A DNA stretch of 64,000 nt from Escherichia coli. GTDB lineage: Bacteria; Pseudomonadota; Gammaproteobacteria; Enterobacterales; Enterobacteriaceae. Both the position numbers and the translations under genes were made by a program. Position 1 is the stretch's first letter. Each line of letters opens with the position of its first letter. Below, piece after piece: positions 39,791-51,232 of the stretch. The stretch is taken from NCBI RefSeq assembly GCF_003334355.1, contig NZ_QOWP01000005.1, one strand, 5' to 3'. The notes under the pieces were generated by a model. That model was not told the DNA's origin, ran no database searches, and was given only the letters and a program-made list of their open reading frames with translations.

Positions 39791-41263
39791 TTATTTATTT
39801 TTCTTGATGTGCTTCATCAGACGCTTACGTTTACGCATCTGGGTTGGCGTCAGGGTGTTACGCTTGTTCGCATACGGGTTTTCCCCTTCTTTGAACTGAA
39901 TACGAATCGGCGATCCCATTACGTCCAGCGATTTGCGGAAGTAGTTCATCAAGTAACGCTTGTAGGAATCAGGCAGGTCTTTCACCTGATTACCGTGAAT
40001 CACCACAATCGGCGGGTTATAACCACCGGCGTGGGCATATTTCAGCTTCACACGACGACCGCGTACAAGCGGCGGTTGGTGATCTTCAACAGCCATCGTC
40101 ATGATGCGCGTCAGCATAGAGGTCCCCACACGACGGGTGGAGCTGTCATACGCTTCACGTACTGATTCAAACAAGTTACCAACACCACTGCCGTGCAAGG
40201 CAGAGATAAAGTGCACACGAGCAAAATCGATAAAGCCCAGACGGAAGTCCAGCGTTTCTTTCACCTGCTCTTTCACTTCCTGACTCAGGCCATCCCACTT
40301 ATTCACCACAATGACAAGTGAGCGCCCACTATTGAGAATAAAGCCTAGCAGCGAGAGATCCTGATCGGAAATACCTTCGCGCGCATCAATCACCAACATC
40401 ACCACGTTGGCATCTTCAATGGCCTGCAACGTTTTGATTACGGAGAATTTCTCTACAGCATCGGTGATTTTACCGCGTTTACGTACGCCAGCGGTGTCAA
40501 TGAGCACATACTCACGTCCATCGCGTTCCATTGGAATGTAGATACTGTCACGCGTCGTACCAGGCATGTCATAAACAACAACGCGCTCTTCACCAAGAAT
40601 ACGGTTAGTGAGTGTAGACTTACCGACGTTCGGGCGCCCGACAATCGCCAGTTTGATTGGCAGGCTTTGTAGGTCGAAGTCGTCTTCCTCTTCTTCTTCG
40701 CCGTTTTCTTCTGCTTCAAATTGCGCCCAGTATTCTGCGTCTTCGTCCACTTCTTCTTGCGGCGCGAGATCTTCCATCCACGGCAGCAGCACGTGCTCCA
40801 GCAGACTTAATACGCCACGACCGTGAGACGCGGCGATCGGGTAGATTTCACCTAAACCAAGCGAGTAGAAATCAACCACTGCCTGATCGGGATCCAGACC
40901 GTCAGTTTTGTTTGCCACCAGGAAGGTCGGTTTTTCACGGGAGCGCAGATGTTTGGCAATCGCTTCATCTGCCGGCATCAGGCCCGCACGCGCATCCACC
41001 ATAAACAGTACGACGTCCGCTTCTTCAATCGCCAGCAGCGACTGTTCCGCCATGCGGGTTTCTACACCGTCTTCTGTGCCATCAATCCCGCCGGTATCAA
41101 TACAGATAAACTCACGGCCTTCAATTTCCGCACGACCGTACTTACGGTCACGAGTCAGACCCGGGAAATCCGCAACCAGCGCATCTCGGGTGCGAGTTAG
41201 ACGGTTAAATAACGTGGATTTTCCTACGTTAGGGCGCCCGACAAGCGCGACCACAGGTACCAT
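39791..41263 (-). CDS. der: Ribosome-assembly GTPase Der (EngA), tandem GTPase domains
   Basis: Track ORF 39791..41302; start at [20 protein letters not shown] gives 490 aa; two G1 motifs GRPNVGKS and an acidic linker ([13 protein letters not shown]). Confidence 0.95.
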   Translation of the reverse strand: MVPVVALVGRPNVGKSTLFNRLTRTRDALVADFPGLTRDRKYGRAEIEGREFICIDTGGIDGTEDGVETRMAEQSLLAIEEADVVLFMVDARAGLMPADEAIAKHLRSREKPTFLVANKTDGLDPDQAVVDFYSLGLGEIYPIAASHGRGVLSLLEHVLLPWMEDLAPQEEVDEDAEYWAQFEAEENGEEEEEDDFDLQSLPIKLAIVGRPNVGKSTLTNRILGEERVVVYDMPGTTRDSIYIPMERDGREYVLIDTAGVRKRGKITDAVEKFSVIKTLQAIEDANVVMLVIDAREGISDQDLSLLGFILNSGRSLVIVVNKWDGLSQEVKEQVKETLDFRLGFIDFARVHFISALHGSGVGNLFESVREAYDSSTRRVGTSMLTRIMTMAVEDHQPPLVRGRRVKLKYAHAGGYNPPIVVIHGNQVKDLPDSYKRYLMNYFRKSLDVMGSPIRIQFKEGENPYANKRNTLTPTQMRKRKRLMKHIKKNK

Positions 41264-41380
41264 GTTTAAAGCCTCATTTTTATAAATCATCAGACAACGC
41301 ACGCTATATTCGCGTCGTTGTTAAAAACAGGAAAACGGCCCCTGTCCAGGAGCCGTTTTCAAAGTGAACGACAGAGACGA

Positions 41381-42559
41381 TTAACGTGTAATAGAGTACA
41401 CGGTTCCGTCTTTTGCCTGGATCAGCAGTTTGCCGTCAGCGGCAACCGGTTCAGTCTGGAAACCGGAACTATCAACTTTTTGCTGGGCAACGAAACGACC
41501 ATCTTCGACGTTAATCCAGTGCAAATAACCTTCACTGTCACCTACCACCAGGTTGCTATTATACAGCACCGGAGAAGTCAGCAGGCGATGCAACAGATCG
41601 CTTTGTGTCCACAGCGTAACGCCGCCATCAATGGTCAACGCCATCACCCGGTCATTTTGATCGACCAGATAGATGCGATTGCCGTCGACGATGAAATCAT
41701 TCACCGAACCCAGTTCGCGTTTCCACATAATCTGACCACTGCGCAGATCAAGCGCCGTCAGGTTACCATTATAGGCCAGCGCGAAAACAACGCCGTTAAC
41801 AACGACTGGAGTCGTGTCAACATCGCTCAGACGGTCAATTTCGGTAGAACCGGTCGCCTGGGAAATACGCTGCTGCCAAATCATCTGGCCCTGTTCCATC
41901 AGCACTGCGCTGACGCGACCATTATCGCCACCCACGACGGCCGCACCAAAAGCCGTTGCCGGCGCAGACTCGCCACGCAAAGAGAGCGAAGGCATATCGA
42001 GGTTAACTGTCCATTTGACAGCGCCGTCAGCTTCGTTCAGCGCTTGTAACTGACCGTTACTGGTGTGGATTAACACCAGACCGTCGCTGACCACCGGGCG
42101 CGAAAGTGCTTCACCCGCGACTTTAGTTTGCCATGCCACAGTACCATCGCTGGTATTCAGCGCGTAAACCTGCGCCTTTTCGCTGCCAATGTAGACATGC
42201 CCACCAGACACGGTCACACCGCCAGAAAGTAATGCAGGCTCTTTAGAGAACCAGCCATCTTTCTCGGCCAGGCTGACAGACCAGATTTCTTTGCCATCAT
42301 CCGCATTCAGCGCTTTTACTAAACCAGCGCGGTCCGCTGCATAGACAACGTTGTCCGCCAGTGCCGGATGAAGATTGGAATAGAAGTTGCCAATACCGCT
42401 ACCAACGGAAGTGCTCCACGCCGTGGTCGGCGTAAACTGGTTTTCAACGGTTGGCAATGGGGACATCTTTACCACATCTTCTTCGCTGTTAAACAGCGAA
42501 CAGCCGCTTAAAAGGGTAACGGAAAGCAGTCCTGGCAGCAGTAATTTACGCAATTGCAT
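41381..42559 (-). CDS. bamB: Outer-membrane protein assembly factor BamB (PQQ-like beta-propeller lipoprotein)
   Basis: 392-aa ORF MQLRKLLLPGLLSVTLLSGCSLF... with lipobox LLSGC. Confidence 0.95.
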   Translation of the reverse strand: MQLRKLLLPGLLSVTLLSGCSLFNSEEDVVKMSPLPTVENQFTPTTAWSTSVGSGIGNFYSNLHPALADNVVYAADRAGLVKALNADDGKEIWSVSLAEKDGWFSKEPALLSGGVTVSGGHVYIGSEKAQVYALNTSDGTVAWQTKVAGEALSRPVVSDGLVLIHTSNGQLQALNEADGAVKWTVNLDMPSLSLRGESAPATAFGAAVVGGDNGRVSAVLMEQGQMIWQQRISQATGSTEIDRLSDVDTTPVVVNGVVFALAYNGNLTALDLRSGQIMWKRELGSVNDFIVDGNRIYLVDQNDRVMALTIDGGVTLWTQSDLLHRLLTSPVLYNSNLVVGDSEGYLHWINVEDGRFVAQQKVDSSGFQTEPVAADGKLLIQAKDGTVYSITR

Positions 42560-42569
42560 CGGGTCCCTC

Positions 42570-43190
42570 TCAGATGGACAAATTATTAATTTTCATCTGC
42601 ATCATTTCGCTCAGTGCCGGAGTAACATCGCTTTTCACGCCTGCTTCCCATGCACTACGCGCACCTTGCTTATCACCTTTGCTCAGCAATGCTTCACCAC
42701 GCAGGTCGGCAACAATGGCAGCCCACCCTTCACCTTTGATGGTATCAAGGGTTTTCAGCGCGGCATCAGCCTGCTTGAGCTGTACCTGAACGCGAGCAAG
42801 ACGCAGATTTATCACGGCTTTGAGATTTTCATCGCTCGTGTCTGCCAGCCCCTGTTGTAACTGGGCGGCAGCTTTCTCTAGTTCATTTTTGTCAACAAAT
42901 TGCTGCGCAAGTTCCAAAGAAGCCAGCGCACCATAAGTATTTTTATTTTCAGCAGCAAATTTTTCCGCCGCCGGGATGCTATCCGGTTTGCCTTCGCTCA
43001 CTGCGGTAACCGCATTTTGATAGGCAAGAGAAGCGGAGCGTGCAGAATCAACCTGATGGCTGTTCCAGTAGCGCCAGCCAATCAGTGCGCCAACGCCCAA
43101 AATCACCCCAACAGCCAGTGCTTTGCCATTTTCAGCAAAAAAGCGTTTAACCGCTTCTACCTGGTCGTTTTCGTTCTCGTAAATTTCCAC
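42570..43190 (-). CDS. yfgM: Membrane-anchored TPR-like protein YfgM (ancillary SecYEG translocon subunit)
   Basis: 206-aa ORF MEIYENENDQVEAVKRFFAENGKALAVGVILGVGALIGWRYW... with a single N-terminal TM helix. Confidence 0.9.
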   Translation of the reverse strand: MEIYENENDQVEAVKRFFAENGKALAVGVILGVGALIGWRYWNSHQVDSARSASLAYQNAVTAVSEGKPDSIPAAEKFAAENKNTYGALASLELAQQFVDKNELEKAAAQLQQGLADTSDENLKAVINLRLARVQVQLKQADAALKTLDTIKGEGWAAIVADLRGEALLSKGDKQGARSAWEAGVKSDVTPALSEMMQMKINNLSI

Positions 43191-43207
43191 GCTGTCCTTC
43201 TCCTTCC

Positions 43208-44482
43208 TTAACCCAGTAACGTGCGCAAATGCGCGGCTACGCTATCCTGCGCAACTGCCGTTTGCTCACCAGAGCGCAAATCCTTCACTACTGCTGTGCC
43301 GTTAGCCACTTCAGACTCACCCAGCACCACAGCAACGCGGGCACCCCATTTATCAGCACGGGCAAACTGTTTCTTAAAGTTGCCGCCGCCGTGGTTGGTC
43401 ATCAATTTCACGCCCGGTAATTCATCACGCAGATGCTCAGCTAATGCCATAGCCGCAGATTGTGTATCAGCACCTGAAGCCACCAGGTATATATCGACAA
43501 CAGGATCGGCTTTAAATTCCGGATTAACGGCCTGTACTAACAATACAAGACGTTCGAGGCCCATCGCAAAACCGACAGCCGGCGTTGCACGACCGCCCAG
43601 TTGTTCCACAAGACCGTCATAACGACCGCCTGCACACACGGTGCCCTGGGAGCCGAGACTGTTAGTCACCCACTCGAAAACGGTACGGTTATAGTAATCC
43701 AGACCACGCACCAGACGCTGGTTTACGGTGTAAGCGATCCCCGCGCTCTCAAGCAGTTTGCACAGACCGGCAAAATGCTCACGAGATTCCTCGTCCAGAT
43801 AATCGCCTAATGCCGGAGCGTCGTTGAGAAGCGCCTGCACTTCTGGATTTTTTGAATCCAGCACGCGCAGCGGGTTAGTGTACATGCGGCGTTTGCAGTC
43901 TTCGTCCAGCTTTTCTTTATGCTGCTCAAGGAATGCCACCAGCGCATCGCGGTAATTGGCGCGTGCTTCCAGCGAACCGATAGAGTTCAGCTCAAGAGTT
44001 ACGTGCTCGGAAATACCCAGCGCGCGCCACCAGCGGGCAGTGAGCATAATCAGTTCAGCGTCGATATCCGGACCTTGCAGACCGAAAACTTCGCAGCCCA
44101 ACTGATGGAACTGACGATAACGCCCTTTCTGCGGACGCTCGTGACGGAACATCGGCCCGATATACCACAGACGCTGTTCCTGATTGTACAGAAGACCATG
44201 CTCGATGCCGGCGCGTACACAGCCCGCCGTCCCTTCAGGGCGCAGAGTCAGGCTGTCGCCATTGCGATCCTCAAAGGTGTACATCTCTTTTTCAACCACG
44301 TCGGTGACTTCACCAATCGCACGTTTGAATAGCGGGGTCTGCTCTACAATCGGCAAGCGGATTTCACTGTAACCGTAGCTGCCGAGCACGTTTTTCAGTG
44401 TGCCTTCAATGCGCTGCCAGATGGCCGTTTCGCCAGGCAGGTAATCGTTCATGCCGCGAATGGCTTGAATGTTTTTTGCCAC
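43208..44482 (-). CDS. hisS: Histidine--tRNA ligase
   Basis: 424-aa [41 protein letters not shown]... Confidence 0.97.
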   Translation of the reverse strand: MAKNIQAIRGMNDYLPGETAIWQRIEGTLKNVLGSYGYSEIRLPIVEQTPLFKRAIGEVTDVVEKEMYTFEDRNGDSLTLRPEGTAGCVRAGIEHGLLYNQEQRLWYIGPMFRHERPQKGRYRQFHQLGCEVFGLQGPDIDAELIMLTARWWRALGISEHVTLELNSIGSLEARANYRDALVAFLEQHKEKLDEDCKRRMYTNPLRVLDSKNPEVQALLNDAPALGDYLDEESREHFAGLCKLLESAGIAYTVNQRLVRGLDYYNRTVFEWVTNSLGSQGTVCAGGRYDGLVEQLGGRATPAVGFAMGLERLVLLVQAVNPEFKADPVVDIYLVASGADTQSAAMALAEHLRDELPGVKLMTNHGGGNFKKQFARADKWGARVAVVLGESEVANGTAVVKDLRSGEQTAVAQDSVAAHLRTLLG

Positions 44483-44487
44483 GTTTA

Positions 44488-44590
44488 TTCTCTTTCTGAA
44501 TATAAAAATGAACCCTCAACGCTTCCCTCAATGTTTCGGGAGCTATGCGGGTTCAATCATACACGGGAAGCGAGGCGCTTCCCATCACGT
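44488..44590 (-). ncRNA. sroE: Possible SroE-type 3'-UTR-derived small RNA in the ispG-hisS spacer
   Basis: A 110-bp spacer between ispG and hisS in the same operon orientation; SroE is described at this position in E. coli K-12. I cannot verify processing sites or structure from sequence alone. Confidence 0.3.
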
Positions 44591-44592
44591 TA

Positions 44593-45711
44593 TTATTTTT
44601 CAACCTGCTGAACGTCAATTCGACGCGCTTCGTCCAGCTGACTGGCTTTCGCACGAATGCGTGCTTCCAGCTGGTCGATCATATCGTTGTTGTCCAGACG
44701 GTCTTTGCGCACGCCATCTTCATAGAGGCCGCTTTTCTTGTTGCCGCCGGTGACGCCGAGTGTAGAAACCAGCGCCTCACCTGGGCCATTCACCACGCAG
44801 CCGATAATCGAAACGTCCATCGGAGTGATGATATCTTCCAGGCGTTGCTCCAGCGCGTTAACCGTACCGATAACATCAAATTCCTGACGCGAACAGGTCG
44901 GGCAGGCGATGAAGTTGATCCCGCGCGAACGGATACGCAGCGATTTCAAAATATCGAAACCGACTTTGATCTCTTCGACCGGATCGGCCGCCAGTGATAC
45001 GCGCAGCGTGTCGCCGATGCCTTCAGACAGCAGCAGACCTAAACCAATGGCGGATTTTACTGCCCCGCTGCGTGCACCACCGGCTTCGGTGATCCCCAGA
45101 TGCAGCGGCTGATCGATCTGTTTTGCCAGCAAACGATAAGACTCAACAGCGAGGAAGACGTCAGACGCTTTCACGCTGACTTTGAACTGATCGAAGTTCA
45201 GGCGATCGAGATGATCAACATGGCGCATGGCGGATTCCAGCAACGCCTGCGGCGTCGGTTCGCCATACTTTTCTTGCAGATCTTTTTCCAGCGATCCGGC
45301 GTTAACGCCAATACGGATCGGAATGTTTTTATCGCGCGCACAGTCAACCACCATGCGAATACGCTCTTCATTACCGATATTGCCAGGGTTAATACGCAGA
45401 CAATCGACGCCGTATTCCGCTACTTTCAGTGCAATGCGATAGTCGAAGTGGATGTCAGCCACCAGCGGCACGTTAACCTGCTGTTTGATGAGTTTGAACG
45501 CTTCTGCCGCGTCCATCGTCGGTACGGATACACGGACGATATCAGCGCCAACGCGTTCCAGCGCCTTGATTTGATTGACCGTTGCTTCGACGTCTGTCGT
45601 ACGCGTATTGGTCATGGACTGTACGGCGATGGGAGCACCATCGCCAATCGGCACATTCCCAACGTAAATACGTGTTGATTTTCTACGTTGAATTGGAGCC
45701 TGGTTATGCAT
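44593..45711 (-). CDS. ispG: 4-hydroxy-3-methylbut-2-enyl diphosphate synthase (flavodoxin)
   Basis: 372-aa [39 protein letters not shown]... Confidence 0.97.
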
Positions 45712-45737
45712 GAAAAATCTCCCGCGTTACCCGTCTG

Positions 45738-46751
45738 TTACTGCGCCGGTGATTGTTCGGCATTGAGGGTCAGACGCGCAACCTGGTTAGTTCTGATAAA
45801 ACGACTCAGATCGACAGGTTTCCCTTGATACTGGATCTGTACTGCGGCTGGCGCACCAATTTTCAGTTTGTATGGTGCCTGGCCGGTTAAGTTCAAATTA
45901 CCGTCTTTACGCTGCATACCGCTAAACAATTTTTTACCGGTAGCATCAGTAACCTCCAGCCAGCAATCGGCAGTAAAGTTCATCACCAGCGCATTCGGAT
46001 CAGCCACCGGCGTGGTCACGCCAGCCTGATCGGTTGGCAACGGCGCAGCACCATCTGGCGTTGTTGCTGCCGTTGGTGCCGGGGTCGCGGCGGTATCAAC
46101 ATTTGCCTGCGAAGGCGAAACAACCGCATTCTGTTGCGGATCAACAGCTGGTGCTGGCGCAGTTACGGCAGGTGTTTGCGTGTTGGTTGCGGTAGTATCC
46201 ACAGACGCTGGCGGCGTGGACGTTGTAGCCGGGTCTGTAGTTGTCGACGTATTTAACGGAACACTCTGCCCCTGCTCGCTATTACTGCTCAGTTCCGCCG
46301 AAGATTGATCGGCCATAGTGGTGATCTCTTCCTGCTGAGCTTTGTGGTCTTGCCACCACCAGGCACCGCTCAGGCCGATAACCACAAACAACACCAGCCA
46401 GGTGAAGGTCATCAGCCAGCCGTCACGTTTTTTGCGGCGTTTACCGAGGGAAAAACTCTGCATCGGCGCAACTTTCGCAGCCCGTAGTGGAGCCTGCTTT
46501 TCCAGCCCTGGCAGCAGTTCTTCTTCTGGAATATGTACCAGACGCGCATAAGAGCGGATATATCCGCGCAGGAATGTTGAAGCAAGATCGGCGGGTGCCT
46601 TATCTTCTTCAATGTCGCGTACCGTGGAAACCTTCAGGCAAAGTCGCTCGGCAACGGCCTGCTGACTAAGTCCTAGTTGTTCGCGAGCATTACGCAGGCG
46701 AGCGCCGGTAGTAAGTGCTTCATTTTGGTCGTGCGTGGCTTCAGTATTCAT
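45738..46751 (-). CDS. rodZ: Cytoskeleton protein RodZ (HTH, TM anchor, periplasmic domain)
   Basis: 337-aa [40 protein letters not shown]... with TM segment [22 protein letters not shown] and a Pro/Thr/Ala-rich linker. Confidence 0.93.
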   Translation of the reverse strand: MNTEATHDQNEALTTGARLRNAREQLGLSQQAVAERLCLKVSTVRDIEEDKAPADLASTFLRGYIRSYARLVHIPEEELLPGLEKQAPLRAAKVAPMQSFSLGKRRKKRDGWLMTFTWLVLFVVIGLSGAWWWQDHKAQQEEITTMADQSSAELSSNSEQGQSVPLNTSTTTDPATTSTPPASVDTTATNTQTPAVTAPAPAVDPQQNAVVSPSQANVDTAATPAPTAATTPDGAAPLPTDQAGVTTPVADPNALVMNFTADCWLEVTDATGKKLFSGMQRKDGNLNLTGQAPYKLKIGAPAAVQIQYQGKPVDLSRFIRTNQVARLTLNAEQSPAQ

Positions 46752-47035
46752 TCGCTGCAGGTACGTTTAAATGAGAATTGAGATGCCGGTGAACCATCAT
46801 GCTCACCCACACCGCGAAACATCCGTTAAGTTAACCGTTATCATACAGTATAAGACCGTCTGTGTGCTCGTGACAAAGCCCACATTCACTAAGGCTAACT
46901 TACTGTTGCATCGTTACATACTGCCTTAAAGTCAGCAAAAACGCACCGTTAATATTGACCAGACAATTGCAACTTAATACTTCATTCATAAAACATTACG
47001 CCACGGTACATAAAGTAACCGTGGCGTAATGGCTA

Positions 47036-48190
47036 TCAGACCGCTTTAATGTCGATGGCTTCACCCTGCATCCGTTTACGCAGGGTACGTTTCGTACGGT
47101 CGATAACATCGCCCGCCAACTGACCACAGGCAGCATCGATATCATCACCACGAGTTTTACGCACAATAGTGGTGAAACCGTAGCTCATCAGCACTTTTGA
47201 GAAACGGTCGATACGGCTGTTCGAGCTGCGTCCATACGGCGCACCCGGGAACGGGTTCCACGGGATCAAGTTGATCTTACACGGCGTATCTTTCAGCAGT
47301 TCCGCCAGTTGGTGCGCGTGTTCAGTGCCGTCGTTAACGTGGTCAAGCATCACATATTCAATAGTGACTCGGCCCTGATTGGCGTTGGATTTCTCCAGAT
47401 AACGGCGCACCGCAGCAAGGAACGTTTCGATATTGTACTTTTTGTTGATCGGCACAATTTCGTCACGAATTTCGTCGTTCGGCGCGTGCAGGGAAATTGC
47501 CAGTGCAACGTCGATCATATCGCCCAGTTTATCCAGCGCCGGAACTACACCGGAAGTGGAAAGCGTCACGCGACGTTTAGACAGACCAAAGCCAAAGTCA
47601 TCCAACATGATTTCCATCGCCGGAACGACGTTGTTCAGGTTGAGCAGCGGCTCGCCCATACCCATCATCACGACGTTAGTGATCGGGCGCTGACCGGTGA
47701 CTTTTGCTGCGCCGACGATTTTCGCCGCACGCCACACCTGGCCAATAATTTCCGATACCCGCAGGTTGCGGTTAAAGCCCTGCTGGGCGGTGGAACAGAA
47801 TTTACACTCCAGCGCACACCCCACCTGCGAAGAGACGCAGAGCGTGGCACGGTCGTCTTCCGGGATATACACCGTTTCGACGCGCTGATCGCCAACGGCG
47901 ATCGCCCATTTAATGGTGCCGTCGGATGAACGCTGTTCTTCAACCACTTCCGGTGCGCGGATTTCCGCCACCTCTTTCAGTTTGCCGCGCAACACTTTGT
48001 TGATGTCGGTCATCTCATCAAAGTTGTCGCAGCAATAGTGATACATCCACTTCATCACCTGATCGGCGCGGAAGGGTTTTTCACCTAAATCTTTAAAAAA
48101 CTCCCGCATCTGCTGACGGTTGAGATCCAGCAGGTTGATTTTTCCATCTTTCGTGGTGACGTTTTCAGGTGTGACTAATTGTTCAGACAT
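47036..48190 (-). CDS. rlmN: Dual-specificity rRNA/tRNA adenosine-C2 methyltransferase RlmN (radical SAM)
   Basis: 384-aa [35 protein letters not shown]... with the radical-SAM motif CALECKFC. Confidence 0.95.
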
Positions 48191-48339
48191 ATGCTATTCC
48201 GGCCTCGTTATTACACGTTATGGCCCCTGGAGGGTTGAAAAAAGAAACGCCCCGGTGAGCGGCTGCTCGTCCGGGGGCGCTGCATTGTACAAATTCTGGC
48301 GCACGGATGCCACGTTTGCACGCGGCATTTACGAAATTA

Positions 48340-48771
48340 TTAACGGGTGCGCGGGCACACTTCGCCTTCGCCAAAGAAATAAGCGATTTCGCGAGCGGCA
48401 GATTCGACGGAATCAGAACCGTGGGTACCGTTTTCGGTCAGGCTGTCAGCGTAATCAGCGCGCAGAGTACCAGCCAGTGCGTTTGCCGGATTGGTCGCGC
48501 CCAGCAGATCGCGGTGACGCTGAACGGCGTTTTCACCTTCCAGCACGGAAACCACGATCGGGCCAGAGGTCATGAATTCAACCAGACCATCAAAGAACGG
48601 TTTTCCATCGTGTTCAGCATAAAAGCCACGTGCCTGTTCAACGGTCAGGTGCAGCATTTTGGTGCCAACAATTTTGAACCCTGCAGCTTCAAAGCGCGCA
48701 AAGATATTACCAATGACGTTTTTTGCTACCGCGTTCGGTTTGATGATGGAAAAAGTACGTTCAATAGCCAT
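48340..48771 (-). CDS. ndk: Nucleoside diphosphate kinase
   Basis: 143-aa [42 protein letters not shown]... Confidence 0.97.
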
Positions 48772-48919
48772 TTTTACCTCTGTAAATTGTTCTGTTGTTG
48801 TCTGTACCAGCGTACGAGATGGCGCGGATTATAATGAGCAACAGGGCCGTTGACTATTGATGAAGGTAACATTTTTTTAAAATAAAATGAGTTTTAGCAA
48901 CAATCAGGGACAAAACAGA

Positions 48920-51232
48920 CTATTGCATGACAAATTTCACTGTCGCGATTTGCCCCACGTCATCCATCACCAGCAATTGATAATCACCTTTATCCGTCAA
49001 ATACAGGGTCACGTTGCGCCCGCGTTCAGTTAACGGTTCGCCATTCAGAAACCACCAGCGTTCACCTGCCCCTCCACTTGATTGCAACGGCAAAGTCGCT
49101 TCCGCTGCGCCCGGTAAACGTTTAATAATCGCGCCATCGCGAACGCCTGTCAGCTGCAGCGGGAGCTGGGCATCGTGACCGTATGGCGGGCAACTTGTCG
49201 AGGCCGGTGGTAAGCGCACAGCGCGACGTTCTGATGCGGGCAGCCAGGGTTCCAGCGGTAGCGGCCAGACATTTATCATTTCTTGTCGCGCTTGCGGGCA
49301 ATCAGCGGCAACACGTTTGCCATTTTCATCCAGCCAGATGGGGAAACGAATGCCATTAATGCCTTCCTGCTCCGGCAGTAATAGAGTTGGCGGCTGACTC
49401 CCGTCCAGCAGCCAGGTTGCCAGGCGGCGGCGACAGTTACCGTCACCTTCCGGCAAAGACTGTCCGCCCGGCCAGCAGATAACGCCACGAGTGACTGAGT
49501 TCGGGCGCGGGTCTTCCGGCAGATTCGCACTGCGCGACAGTAAGATATTATTGACCTGATTCAACAATGGTACGGCACTGGCAAAGCCAAACTGACCAAC
49601 AACGGGCGTGCCGTCCGGTCTGCCAGTCCAGATCCCAATGACATAGCGAGCGTTAACCCCAATCGCCCAGGCGTCACGATAGCCATAGCTGGTGCCCGTT
49701 TTCCATGCCAGTGGGGCGACGCGCGGCAAGGCACTATCCGGCAAGGGTTGCGCTTCATCAGCCATAATCCGGCGAATGATCCACGCCGCCCCCGACGACA
49801 TTAAAGGCCGTTCAAGCAGCGGATCGTCAGGCTGTAAGCGCAATTTGCCTGCCTTGCCGTGGCGAGCAAACGCGGTATACGCTGCCGCCATATCTTCCAG
49901 TTTTGCACCAGCGCCGCCGAGAATGAGTGAAAGATTCGGCGCAGCACCGTTGGGCAAATATAACGGCAATCCAACATTGCGTAACTTTGCCGCAAACCGT
50001 TTCGGTCCATAGGCTTCCAGCACCTGCACAGCAGGTAAGTTCAGCGAGCGCACCAGCGCCTCGCTCATGCTGATCGGGCCATGAAAACCGCTATCAAAGT
50101 TACCTGGTCGATAATCACCGGTGCGCCGGGGGACGTCTTGCAGCAGTGATGCCGGGTGGATCAAGCCTTCATCCAGCGCCAGACCATAAACAAACGGTTT
50201 GAGCACTGATCCTGGCGATCGGATCGAATTGACCATATCAACATGACCAAAGCGTGAATCATCGTTGAGATCAACCGATCCCACCCAGCCGCGAACACGC
50301 ATATCGGTATGATCAACCACGATCATCGCCAGTGAGCTGCGCGGTGGCAACCGCCCTTTCCAGTTTTGCGCCAGTTCTTCCAGACGTCGTTGAAGACCGG
50401 CATCCAACGTAGTAGTGATTTTGTCGCTTTTGCTTTTACCGAGCATCATGCGCGAAAACAGCGGTGCCAGTTGCGGCATTTGTCGGGGGGCCAGCCAGAT
50501 GGGTTCTTCCCTTGACTCTTTTACCTGCTCACGGGACCACACACCTTGCACGGCCATCCGTTCGAGCACTTTATTACGCGCGGCTTCGGCACGCTCCGGC
50601 CAACGATCCGGGCGAAGACGGCTGGGCGCTTGCGGCAAAACCGCCAGCATTGCCGCCTCGGAATAGCTTAAATTCGCAGGCGATTTTCCGAGATAAGCCC
50701 AACTTGCCGCACCGATCCCCTGCAACGTACCGCCAAACGGAGCGCGGTTAAGATACAAGGTCAGAATTTCACGCTTAGACAGATGCCATTCCAGTTGCAA
50801 CGCGCGCCAGAGCTGGCGAATTTTGCCGCCAAATGTTTTGGGGTGAGGATCAAGCAGACGAGCAACCTGCATAGTGAGCGTGCTGCCACCGGAAATAACC
50901 CGTCCCGAAGTGAGATCTTGCCATGCTGCGCGCGCCACCGAGAATGGATTCACCCCCGGATGCTTCCAGAACCAGCGATCTTCATAATTGATCAGCGCTT
51001 CAAGGTAACGTGGAGAAACATCTTCGATTGTTACCGGATAACGCCAGATGCCGTCAGCATCGGCGAAGCGCCAGAGCGGCGTACCATCCTGCGCCACGAC
51101 CACTCGTGCGGGATTGACTTCATGCAGCGGTAGAGGCCAGAGTTTATCTGCTCCCCACGCTGCAAAAAAAAGGAGAAAGGGCGCGGCTGCCAACGTTATC
51201 CAGCAGCCGCGTTTGGTTAACAAGCGAGGCAT
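48920..51232 (-). CDS. pbpC: Penicillin-binding protein 1C (glycosyltransferase/transpeptidase)
   Basis: 770-aa ORF MPRLLTKRGCWITLAAAPFLLFFAAWGADKLWPLPL...; its start codon abuts the yfhM stop codon. Confidence 0.93.
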   Translation of the reverse strand: MPRLLTKRGCWITLAAAPFLLFFAAWGADKLWPLPLHEVNPARVVVAQDGTPLWRFADADGIWRYPVTIEDVSPRYLEALINYEDRWFWKHPGVNPFSVARAAWQDLTSGRVISGGSTLTMQVARLLDPHPKTFGGKIRQLWRALQLEWHLSKREILTLYLNRAPFGGTLQGIGAASWAYLGKSPANLSYSEAAMLAVLPQAPSRLRPDRWPERAEAARNKVLERMAVQGVWSREQVKESREEPIWLAPRQMPQLAPLFSRMMLGKSKSDKITTTLDAGLQRRLEELAQNWKGRLPPRSSLAMIVVDHTDMRVRGWVGSVDLNDDSRFGHVDMVNSIRSPGSVLKPFVYGLALDEGLIHPASLLQDVPRRTGDYRPGNFDSGFHGPISMSEALVRSLNLPAVQVLEAYGPKRFAAKLRNVGLPLYLPNGAAPNLSLILGGAGAKLEDMAAAYTAFARHGKAGKLRLQPDDPLLERPLMSSGAAWIIRRIMADEAQPLPDSALPRVAPLAWKTGTSYGYRDAWAIGVNARYVIGIWTGRPDGTPVVGQFGFASAVPLLNQVNNILLSRSANLPEDPRPNSVTRGVICWPGGQSLPEGDGNCRRRLATWLLDGSQPPTLLLPEQEGINGIRFPIWLDENGKRVAADCPQARQEMINVWPLPLEPWLPASERRAVRLPPASTSCPPYGHDAQLPLQLTGVRDGAIIKRLPGAAEATLPLQSSGGAGERWWFLNGEPLTERGRNVTLYLTDKGDYQLLVMDDVGQIATVKFVMQ

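Noticed and set aside
48191-48339. Sigma-54-like TGGCAC/TTGCA-type sequence (ggcgcacggatgccacgtttgcacgcgg) in the rlmN-ndk spacer
   Set aside because: The spacing and orientation do not fit a -24/-12 promoter for the flanking minus-strand genes; the resemblance is probably fortuitous.
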